A stretch of DNA of 64,000 nucleotides, from assembly GCA_002269645.1 (NCBI GenBank), contig NIVC01002838.1:1-64000 (forward strand), in the 5' to 3' direction. The notes under the pieces were generated by a model. The model did not search any database, was not told where the DNA came from, and saw nothing but the letters and a program-made list of their open reading frames with translations. This document shows, in pieces, positions 49,301-59,387 of this stretch. The stretch comes from Macrostomum lignano (taxonomy: Eukaryota). Position numbers and translations under genes: made by a program. Numbering within the stretch: position 1 is the stretch's first letter; every line of letters begins with the position of its first letter.

Positions 49301-52300
49301 TTAATTGTCTAATGTCTGTGTACTGTACATACATTACTATCTATATAATTATTTTTATATTATTTACTTAAAGGAAATTGATTAGGACTTTTTTATTATA
49401 AATTCAAAAGTTTCTATTTATATGCATTTAAATATATTAATAGTAATTATAAATAATAAAGCATAAACTTAAGAGCCTAGACAAATTTTTGTTTATGTTA
49501 TATTGTGTATCTATTCTTTATAGCTGTATATGAATATACAAATATACAAACTACGGCTACGGTATATTTTAACTTTAAAGACCTGATCCCGATTCCCGGA
49601 TCCCGATCCCGATCCCGATCCCGAGAAAAAAATTATTCCCGATCCCGATCCCGCCCGAAGATTTCAATCCCGTCCGACCTCTACAAGTCAGTGTCAAAAC
49701 TTATATGGGAAAACTGCAAAATTTCTGGAGCAGGCTTTAGGCTATTTTAATTTTTAATTTTTACATTTTAACATCCCTAAAAAAGTAGAAAACTGCTTTT
49801 TTTAACCCCTAATAACCTTCTTTGGCTACTCTGCCTAGGGCTGCAGCCAGTTTGTAAAAATAGCCACCCCAACCTCCGCCCACAGGCCGCTGTGTATTGA
49901 GGGGCGGTGGGTGCGCGTGTTCTACATTCAATGCAATAAAACCCCGCATTTTGGGGGGTTGAGTTAAATTTAATGCTTCCCCCAGAACGAGGGTTGGGCT
50001 TGGGCTGAGTGTACATAGCAGTGTACAGTGTAAACAGATAGACTGTGTCAAAATTCAATTGGTTTTATTATTGGCGCCTTTTTTCTCCATAGGCAGCCCT
50101 GTGTATTAGCTTGGCAGTGAAATTCAATGAATAAACTTGCGGGCTTCTCTATCTCTAGCAAGCAGTCGGGAAATCGGTAAATTTCAAACGCTAACTGTTC
50201 CTCGAGTTTTAAACTTTGAGAGGAGAAACTTATATTGCTGGAAAGATCTTGCAACACAGAGTTCGAGGATATAAGTGGTTTGCTTTATATATGGAAACAG
50301 TAAGCTCAGAATTAAGAAAATGGTTTTCATGCTTTTCATTTTCTGCAAAGATTGTACTTATTTTTGCGAGACGTAATAGATAAAGTTATGGGGTTCAACT
50401 TCAACTTCCAACTGCCGCTGTGTATTGGAGGGGGGTCGGTCGCTCTGTATTGAAGGGTGATTTAGGTTGTGCAACAATATTGTTAACTTTAACTGAGACC
50501 ATGATACTGACTGACTGAAAAATTTGTTGCACAATCTATTGCTTCAATTAGTTCAATTTTTTAATACCGGGCATCGGCGTCTTTTAACACGCAGCTCTGT
50601 GCAGCTTTCTAACCCTAACCCTAAGGTCCCTAACCAATGAATTCTGAGAGTTGAGTTCTTTTTGACAGAGAAAATTTCGATTCAGTCCAGTTTCACCAAG
50701 AGGATTTGTTTTTCGGAGAGAATTTTGATAGATTTTTGTTTTATGGAGTTTAATAGATTCGGCACCTTCAGTCAGTCAGATAAGAGAGTAGAGAGAAAAG
50801 TGAAAGAGAAGAAAGAGGAGATGATAGAAAAGAGAGTATATATGAGAGAGGACAGATGACAGATAGGAGAGAAGAGGGGAGTGAGGCAGGAATGAAGAGG
50901 GGGACAGAAGAGGAGAGAGGAGATGAGATGGGAGATATGAGATAGCAGAGAAGAGACAGGATGGATGAAAAGAGAGAGGAGAGAAGGGATAAGAGCATAC
51001 AGAGGAAATAGAAGAGAAAAGAGAGTAGAAGAGAAAGAAAAAGAGTAGAGATGGGAGATCAGATAGGAGAGAGAGGAGAAGGGAGAGAGGAGATGAGAGG
51101 GGAGATATGAGATAGCAGAGAGAGACAAGAGAGATGATAGGAGAGAGAATAGATGAGGGATAAGAGCGTACAGAGGAAATAGAAGAGAGGGAAGAGTAGA
51201 GGAGAAAGAAAGAGTGAGATGAGGGATGAGAGATGAGAGAGAAGAGGAGAAAATAGGGGAGAAAGGAGACAGAAGAGAGTACAGATGAAAGACCAGGGAG
51301 AAGATATAAATAAGGTAGTATAAATGAGAGAAGAGAGAGGAGAGAAATGAAAGATCAAAGATGAGAGAGTTAGGAGAGAAAAGTAATGAGGAGAGGAGAG
51401 GAGAGATAAGAGATGCGATGAGAAGAGATAAGTGAGAACATAAGAGAGAAGTGATAAGAGATTAGAGAAGAGAGGGAAGAAGATGAAAGGAGCAGGGAGA
51501 GGAGAAAAGAGAGAAGAGAAGAGACAGGGGATAGGGAAAGGAGGAAAGAAAGATGGGAGACAAGAAAGTAGAGTGTGAGAGCGTATATGAGATATGAGAA
51601 ATGAGAGCAGAGAGAAGAGAGAGGGTAAAGAGAGATGATAGATAAGTGAGTAGAGATGACATATGAGAGAGGAGAGAACAGGGAGAGATAAGAGAGAAGA
51701 GAGGAGACAGGAGACAGATGTGAAGAGGAGAGATATGAGAGAAGAGAGGAGACAGGAGACAGGATAGGGTACAGACAAAAGATGAGGGAGAAGAGATACA
51801 TAAGGGAGTAGAGATGAGAGGAGAGAGAGGAGAGACTAGATATAAGATAGCAAAGAAGAGAGAGCAGAGATGAGAGACTAGAGATGGAAAGCAGATTAGA
51901 GAGAAGAGATAAGAGACTACACTGTAGAGATAAAAGGGCAAAGAGGAGAGCAAAAAGGCTTTACAGAGGATTTGGAGATGATTTGGAAGATGGGATTCAA
52001 GTCATGGAGTTTCAGCTGATGGATTCCAGGGAATGGAATTCCAGTGATGGGAGTTCTTCCCCTTTTTCCTCTGGAGGAGGAGTTCCACTCGTACTTTATA
52101 AAATCACACAGAAGAGTTATTGTAAAGTGGAAATAAGGTAAAAAAAGTTTATTTTCAAGTGCAAATTTCTTGCTTTCTAGGTTTTAGGCTTGTAATAAAG
52201 CATTTAAACAAATATTTGCATGTATCAATTTTATACTGTAAATAGTATCACTAAAAAGTGGAAAAATTAACCAAACTATCTGTTAAAAAGGATCTAATAT

Positions 52301-55300
52301 GCAATGAAAAAATGTCATTTTTATTGTCACAATGTAAAAAAGGTCATTTATTGTCGTAGCACTCGCAGAGTTTTAAGAATAGGCATGCATTTGTTATTAT
52401 CAATTTTTGTTCGGGTGTGCACCTAGCATGATCTGGACTATGGTAGGCATTTAGGTAAATTCAAATATATTTGTAATGACAATGTTGTAACTTCTTGTCA
52501 GACTTATATTTTTGTTCTTTCTTTGCATCTTTGGTCATTGACATTGTCATTAATGTTAACAATGAACTTGATGTTATCTTATATAACATATAAATCTTAT
52601 ATTAATAGAAATTTGTTAATCCGTTATTGTAAAAGAATCCTAATAGCAGTCCATTAATATAAATTAAAAATATTGATATTTAATAATGCTTATTAATGGA
52701 CTAGTGCCCAACACTTAAATTAAACATATAATTATATTGTGCACACTTACACTGAAAAGTAGGGATTGCAAAATCTCGGATTTTTGTGATCCTGGGATCC
52801 AGGGAATCCCGGGATCAGAATAGTACAGATTTTTATGCTTCTAGGTTGAAATTTTAAGGCAAAATATGCGCTAAACACTTTTGCTTACTTTTTTATTGTT
52901 ATAGAGATAATGATCCATTGTAGATGATAAACAGCATTATCTTGTGACATATTGAAGTAAGTAAGTAGTATAAATGTACTAATTAGTAGTAAGGAAGCAA
53001 ATCATATAAAAATTTAAATTGGAATTAATTTCACATTTAAATATGTTATGTGGGGTTTAAAAAGGTGCCACACGATGTGAGGCAATTAATGGATATTAGC
53101 GCAGTATAATAAACTAGTTGTGGGCCTAATTATGTTTATATTACAGCACTTTTTGTAAAAATATTGACAAAAATTAGTCCTGGGATTTAAGCCCAATCCT
53201 GGGATCCTAGGATTGCAATCCCTACTGAAAAGAGAAACTTAAGTGTCCTTATCACAAGAAATAAAGAGTTTCTATAACTAAAACCAAATTTTATACCTTA
53301 TTAAGGAACACTAAATTTCTGAGCCTTTATGGGAAAACAATGCATATAGAAAAATTAAAGTCACTTTTTTAATAATCTCCTTTAAACATAATTCACTTGT
53401 TGCATCTTGATCACAGCACTTCAATGCCCCTGAACCAAGCAGTTGCAGCATCTTTGAGTTGATCAATCTATTGCCCATAGAGTGCCTACTTTAGATATTG
53501 AAATAGGTAAAGTCACCCAAAGCCAGATCTGGTAAATATGCAAGGTAGGTGAGGCAGCTCTTGGAAATTTGCAATTTATATCACAGAACTTACACAGAAT
53601 GCTCAATCAGCGATTTAATGAAATTAAACTGCGTAGAAATAGATATGCGTACAAACTACTAATCCGGTGAAGAAACATAAGTAGCCATAGACTGTTACTC
53701 AAGTGTGTAGCACAAGACCGCCTGATTTATTAAGTCAGTAACCAGAAACCATGCAGCAATTGAAACCTAAAATGTGAAACGTAGAAACCAGTTAAACTGG
53801 AGCACAAAAAGTTTAAATCCAATGTCTCGCAGGAAATGATGGCAACAGGGACTATAGTGGAGAAGTCCTGTTGCAATTCGGAGTGACGAGCGTGACCACG
53901 TTGGTCGATTCCTGTTCGCATTTTTTTGTTGATCGTTGATAAATGCATTCACTAGAGGGCTCAAGCCATGGCACCGAGTTGAGGCGGAGGAAGAGTTGAC
54001 ACAGGAAGATGCTTCCGTAGATCGCAATCTAAGACAGCGGGCTTGAAGCGAAGAAACTTGCAGCTTTTTTTTTAAGTTTTTCACCTTGCTCCTACATTGC
54101 CTTAACTTCTGAACCACTTCCGTCCTTGACGCACGTTTCCTGCCCGGCAAACTCAGTGGCAGTGTACTGGCAGTCGTTCCGCAAATTTTTGCTTTCTTTT
54201 GAATTTGAGTCTCGGATAGATGTAACTCTTCTGAGACACAGGCTCTTGGCTTTGGAGGCGAGCGGGTCTTCTGCTCCTGAGCCGTGTCTTTATACAGCTT
54301 CAGTGTTGGATGCGCATTCCAGACAAGTCGACTGTGCAGCTCATGATGGTCTTTCGGGCACATATACATGTGATCAGCAAAGTGCTGACTGCACACCACT
54401 GCAGTCGCCCATTTGTGCTCATACTTCTTCCCCAGAAGGTCAGCACAGAAGATGCGACGAGCCCAGTCTTCACACCTACAGCGTAAAATTCAACATAAAT
54501 CGTACACAAGTTTTCATGCAAATAATATTAGTCACGATTCGACTAAGCTTACTGGGCACGGTTTGAAGGAAAGCTGTAAAACCTGGTTTCTGGTGGACAA
54601 TGATAGGAATAATTTAGACAGCCATAGGCAGCACACTGTTTTCGCGATTTTGCAGAAGGCATACTTCACTGTAGCAAAACCAAACATCCAAATTCTTTGT
54701 AAAAGACAATGCTGCTGCAAGTAATTCTATTAAATGAATAAATCTTGTGCTACACACTTGAGTAATAGTCTATGGCTACTTATGTTTCTTCACCAGATAA
54801 GTAGTTTGTATGCATATCTATTTCTACGCAGTTTAATTTCATTAAATCGCTGATTGAGCATTCTGTGTAAGTTCTGTGATTTATATAGCAACCTTTATAA
54901 TTCTGATACTATGAGCTGGTCTATTGTCATGCAGTTGTATTATACTTTAGGTCAACATTTCTTGCCAATTTTATTTTAGTGCCTAGCATAGACTAATAAT
55001 AGATCTTTGTGACTATCTGCTTATGCAGTAGAAAGTCCAGCAGCAGCAGACCTTTTGAATCCCAAGACTATTAGCATGATCTTGCTACCACTGTATGCAT
55101 GACACATTACACATGATGCATGATGATGATGCATGACAACATACACATTAGCCATATGGCAGTGAATTTCTACAGGCTTTGAGCCTTCTAGTGTTTGGAA
55201 TTTGATAATAAAGCTAGTGCTTAGCTCTATGCTTAAGATGCAATTCTTGTATAGATGCCATGATATGCTAGAAATACAATGGTACTGTGACCTATTGGCA

Positions 55301-58300
55301 ATAGATTTGAGACTGAAATAACGAATGACTAATATAGACTTTTTGAATACTTGTATGCTGGAGTTTTGGAGCTTTAATGTCTAGGGATCTTGGTCAGGCT
55401 CAACTATTGTATTTGTGACAGGCCTTTTGGCCCTGTCTTTTTAAACTCCTAACTATTGATGCTAGTGTTTATTAATATCCTACAAGCTGCCACCAAAGTT
55501 GTTGTAGGGGTGTTCCCATCTGCTAACTAAAGTTTATCCTAATTGCACTTCTATTTTCACTCTTTAACTGTTTCTTAGGATTTCATTTGAATATACTGGT
55601 AGCATCTTATGTATTAGTCTGGTAGCGTCTTATGTATTAGTCTGGTAGCGTCTTATGTATTAGTCTGGTAGCATCTTATGTATGGCCTGAGTGGTCTAGT
55701 ACTGGTTCATAAACTTATTAGATTGTCCTAGTCAGGCCTTCACTGGGATTAGAGGGTCATAGCACAACTCTCAGAATTTCCCTTGTATATCTCCCAATCC
55801 CTTCTCTTAGTAATTTTCTGAGCACTATTGCTCCCTCTTTCCTTAAAATAACTAACTCAATAAGATTTCAAAGTTTATCTGAGAATATAGAATGAACCAA
55901 TGTTATAGCGCACAAATATTTCAAGAGCAAGAAAAGGTTACTTTTATTTGGGCAAAATTCACTCATATATATAGGATTCGGGAAGGCTAAGTTATAACAA
56001 AAAAATTTTTCCATTTATAATTCGCTATTTAAAACAAAGTAGAATAGTGTTTCTTAGTTTGCACGCTAATTCAGTTTTACTGTAGTTTAAGCAATTTTTG
56101 CGTGTATAATAGGATCAGCAAAGTTACAATGATCTATTAAGGTATAATTATAGAACAAACATTCTATTATAGGCACTAGCAAATGACTTATTAAAGTATT
56201 ATAGAGACATATTATAGGCACTGGTAAATATTGCTTCTCATATGCACCTAACATCTTTTTATGCAATATAATCCAATATACCTCTATTTAAATTGTTTGT
56301 TGGTAGGCATTAGTCTATATATATTTATGTATTTGTTTAAAATCATATTTAACAATTTGTTATCAAATCAAGCTTAGCCTTATACTATCTAGTCAGAACT
56401 TTTCCCATGACAAAACATGTGTTGTGACTAAGAAATTGCGTAATACTAGGCTTTTTTAGGAATTGGAAATTCAGAATTAATATGTTTTTTTAATATATGC
56501 ATTGTATTTGTAAGAATGCTAGAGAAAAGAGATTGGTTTTATTTAGGCTTTTTTGACCTTATTTACTTAGGCTAGCAAATTATAGATATTAGGCCTTTTT
56601 TTGTTAGAAACTTCTTTCTATTATTATATTTTGCCATTATAGGATCTTTTTATTATAGGCATAGTGGGCATAAAATGAATGAAACCATTATATTTCCTTA
56701 GTTATAACCACAAGAGCAGTTTTTTCATAGACATAATTGTAGCTATTGTTGTTACCTGTTTTATTACATTTGCCATAGGTATATTATAGTTAATTATTTA
56801 TAATCAAAGCAATAAAATGGTATAAAAACTGAGTTTATTGTTTTTATTATTATCAGTCATATATTTTTTCACTTTTATTGATCTATGTTACCAAGAAAAT
56901 AAATTTTGTTTTTGCAATTTATAATTCAAAACAATTTTTTGAAAAATTTAAACTTGACCATTGTCAGATCAAATTCAATGAAAAATATTCTAAATATTAA
57001 ATTTTCTTGTAATGATTTAATTCAATTCTTATTTACCTAAAGATATCAGGTCGAAAAATTAGCGATCTGCTGTGCTTCTGACTTGAATCATATTCCAGTA
57101 GTATTCATCTGTTTACATGCACCTGTCATATTAACAGATTGGCACAAGCCTGGTTAAAGTGCAAGTCAGTCGAAAGAAGTCGGTCACAATTCGTGAACTT
57201 GGAGGCTCAATGGCACCTGTTTGGCCAGACTATTATAGCGATGTGGCTGCCATCATTGTGAGCTTAGCAGCTTTGTAATTAGACTCTGTTAAAATGATAG
57301 CAAACTATATGGCCATATCTTCAGTCACTTGGCCAGCCTCCCAGATCCTCAGTTGCTGTGCTAGCCTCCCAGATCCTCAGTTGCTGGGCCAGCCTCCCAG
57401 ATTCTTAGTTGCTGGGCCAGCCTCCCAGATCCTCAGTTGCTGGGCCAGCCTCCCAGATCCTCAGTTGCTGGGCCAGCCTCCCAGATCCTCAGTTGCTGGG
57501 CCAGCCTCCCAGATCTTCAGTTGCTGGGCCAGCCTCCCAGATCCTCAGTTGCTGGGCCAGCCTCCCAGATCCTCAGTTGCTGGGCCAGCCTCCCAGATTC
57601 TTAGTTGCTGGGCCAGCCTCCCAGATCCTCAGTTGCTGGGCCAGCCTCCCAGATCCTCAGTTTCTGGGCCAGCCTCCCAGATCCTCAGTTGCTGGGCCAG
57701 CTTCCCAGACCCTCAGTTATTGGGCCAGCCTCCCAGATCCTCAGTTGCTTGGCCACCAGCCCCCCCCCGATCCTCAGTTGCTTGGCCACCAGCCTCCCAG
57801 ATCCTCAGTTGCTGAGCCACCACCCTCCAATATCCTCAGTTGCTGCGCTAGCCTTGCAGATCCCCAGTTGCTGTGTTTCTGTCACCCTGTTAGATCCACA
57901 AGGCAAATAACACTTGTAATGCATTTAAATTCAATATGAGTATAATATGCGTAATAAATAAATAAATATTGCCACCCACACTGCAAACTTATCCATGCAG
58001 TTTGTAGTTGACGCCTCAAACCTGCAGCAGGTTGGTGCTGCCACCATCCAGTTCATTCACCTGTTGAACAGTCCGCAAACTCAGAGCTCAAAAATTTTGC
58101 TGTTATTTAATAAACTGTGAGTGACTTGACTGTCTCTTTGTTTCATTCATCATATCATTTGTTCACTAAATATGATTCATGTGTGCAATTCATTCCAGCG
58201 ACCTTGTAACATCAGAAGCTGACAAAGGCAAATTTATGCACCTATTCATGCTGGACGATATACTTCGTCACTCCAGACAAGAGGTGTCTGTTGCCGAAAT

Positions 58301-58361
58301 TTCCGCTCTTAATAGAACCGGCTTTGCCGCCATGAAAGAGTGGCTTGAACTTTGTGCTTGA
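43345..58361 (+). CDS. ARL16: ARF-like small GTPase, ARL16-like; 4 coding exons 43345-43446, 57138-57257, 58001-58116, 58199-58361 (166 aa)
   Basis: Spliced product MALLIGPSSVGKSLLLKRL..TVPS|IGTSLV..VTIRELGGSMAPVWPDYY..|FVVDASN..ILLLFNKL|DL..VAEISALNRTG..EWL. P-loop, RELGG switch II and NKxD motifs match ARL16. All introns are GT-AG with consistent phases (0,0,2); 501 nt in total. Confidence 0.88.
44348..49683 (-). mobile_element. Complete autonomous hAT (Ac-like) DNA transposon, 5336 bp
   Basis: 17-bp perfect TIRs TAGAGGTCGGACGGGAT, exact 8-bp TSD CAAGTCAG (44340-44347, 49684-49691), subterminal (CCCGAT)n repeats, intact transposase ORF. Confidence 0.95.
45722..47737 (-). CDS. hAT transposase with BED zinc finger (ZBED1/4-like, 671 aa)
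   Basis: BED finger VWRFF..AKC..C..STSGALRHL..CH; catalytic motifs TCDIWS, IVTDNAANM and SSERLFS; CAAH; DVPTRWNS; C-terminal hATC dimerisation region. Confidence 0.95.
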   Translation of the reverse strand: MSGINSSPVWRFFKKEVHNGQDFAKCLSPGCGKMLLCSTGSTSGALRHLQSCHKDLYEELQQIKQQRDSQKLKESSKAEGLFQPTLQQSIKKSRPWDIEDSRSKELDLAIVRMILLDGQPWTMVQEAGFQGLMKIASPQYTIKSEKFYREKLNDVYNCAKKNIRQQLDDLTSVAVTCDIWSEKGLSFLGLTVHGIKEMLSVSEADCCNDNTQAQVCKLERFSTTLAMQHLIEVHTSSNIANVLTEIFADWRIESKTIAIVTDNAANMLKAVRTMLPSSANGATADSNFSENIGGSVSCAAHKLNLIVQDALKQQPCVEAIIGKCRRFVSSMHHSTTSQGRFEKLQKALELPQHKLKCDVPTRWNSTLHMLQRVLEQQSAISAFVADRSDFEEISSNEFTIIEKVVNLLSIFEELTLEVSKESTSISYLIPMVALLQKFLEKAALDKDAISGVRSLFDSLVRGVNSRFSDIPIRLDCILATALDPRYKLAFFPAAERDQKKKIVLEFCSTTTTVTGHNSRQEQEVTSGNGNFASSPSPEDDECTREAFDQPPPPKRHLLDDLFSNFNANSVLQPSSCIEELLTEFLTSKLEPASSDPLIYWSTKATERLRTSIIPLVKKLFCIPASSVSSERLFSIAGNVFSDRRASLSPDSLEKIVLCKINLPFVDFNAGK
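50780..51960. repeat. Purine-rich (GA) low-complexity tract
   Basis: Almost pure G/A. It explains the Ser/Leu-rich minus-strand ORFs. Confidence 0.85.
52760..53224. mobile_element. hAT-family MITE, 465 bp
   Basis: TIRs TAGGGATTGCAA / TTGCAATCCCTA, exact 8-bp TSD CTGAAAAG, subterminal GGGATCC repeats. Confidence 0.92.
53582..54878 (-). mobile_element. Internally deleted P-superfamily (THAP) transposon, 1297 bp, 136-bp TIRs
   Basis: 53582-53717 is the reverse complement of 54743-54878 with a few mismatches. CA...TG termini and an exact 8-bp TSD ATTTATAT (53574-53581, 54879-54886). Confidence 0.9.
53767..54662 (-). CDS. Truncated P-type transposase: THAP zinc finger plus coiled coil; exons 54662-54553 and 54475-53767 (~272 aa)
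   Basis: Exon 1 is MPSAKSRKQCAAYGCLN..RFYSFPSNRA. A 77-bp GTAAG..TGTAG intron is phase-consistent. Exon 2 reads CEDWARRIFCADLL..VCSQHF..RLVWNAHPTL, then a basic coiled coil and WSRSSLRIATGLLHYSPCCHHFLR (start of the P transposase core). No catalytic domain. Confidence 0.78.
55595..55682. repeat. Four 23-bp tandem units (CTGGTAGCRTCTTATGTATTAGT)
   Basis: Read directly. Confidence 0.85.
57330..57870. repeat. 28-bp minisatellite (GGGCCAGCCTCCCAGATCCTCAGTTGCT) in ARL16 intron 2
   Basis: Read directly. It explains ORFs 57294-57939. Confidence 0.93.
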
Positions 58362-58399
58362 CTCTATTCAGTTTATTGTGTACTACTTACATGTCGCTA

Positions 58400-59035
58400 G
58401 TGGACTGCCCAACCTCGCCCAAGCCCCTATGGACTAGCCGACCAATCAGCGATTGTCCTCCTCACTCCCTGCCCAACCTCCATTGACTAGCCGACCAATC
58501 AGCGATCGCCCCGCCTCACTCCCTGCCCAACCTCCATTGACTAGCGCCAACCAATCAGCGATCGCCCCGCTTCACTCCCTGCCCAACCCCGCCCAAGCCC
58601 CTATGGACTAGCCGACCAATCAGCGATCGCTCCGCCTCACTCCCTGCCCAACCTCCATTGACTAGCCGACCAATCAGCGATCGCCCCGCCTCACTCCCTG
58701 CCCAACCTCCATTGACTAGCCGACCAATCAGCAATCGCCCCGCCTCACTCCCTGCCCAACCCCGCCCAAGCCCCTATGGACTAGCCGACCAATCAGCGAT
58801 CGCCCCGCCTCACTCCCTGCCCAACCTCCATTGACTAGCGCCAACCAATCAGCGATCGCCCCGCCTCACTCCCTGCCCAAGCCCCTATGGACTAGCCGAC
58901 CAATCAGCGATTGGCCTCCTCACTCCCTGCCCAACCTCCATTGACTAGCCGACCAATCAGCGATCGCCCCGCCTCACTCCCTGCCCAACCCCGCCCAAGC
59001 CACTATGGACTAGCCCACCAATCAGAGATCGCCCG
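58400..59035. repeat. ~55-75-bp tandem repeat carrying CCAAT and GC-box motifs, 11 units, between ARL16 and the caspase gene
   Basis: Unit GACTAGCCGACCAATCAGCGATCGCCCCGCCTCACTCCCTGCCCAACCTCCATT with an optional CCCGCCCAAGCCCCTATG segment; 11 CCAATCAG copies counted. Confidence 0.9.
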
Positions 59036-59387
59036 TCTCATCCCTGCACTAAAAGTTAATTTGATCAATGTTTCTATATCTTTTTTAATACTATTTGTTC
59101 TTTTTATCTGTAATCTTTGTCGCTTTTTTGTATGCGACTTTGTTAAGCATTCTGTCTTATAACTTTTACGCATTATCAAAACGTGATAGAATATTTATTT
59201 GAAGATCACAAATACTACTTAGTAGATTTTTATTGTGCGAGCGTATTTGAACTGTAAATAAAAAACTTACGATTTTTAATTTTAGCTCACTTTTCATTTT
59301 AAAACGTTTTGTTTCTTTAAAGAGAACAATAAAAACTTTTGCGTCTGTTTAAACACAGTTGTATTTATTGATTGACTTTGCAGCCAA

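Noticed and set aside
49838-50101. Possible hAT MITE (TAGGGCTGC...GCAGCCCTG)
   Set aside because: Short imperfect TIR, and the 8-bp flanks do not match.
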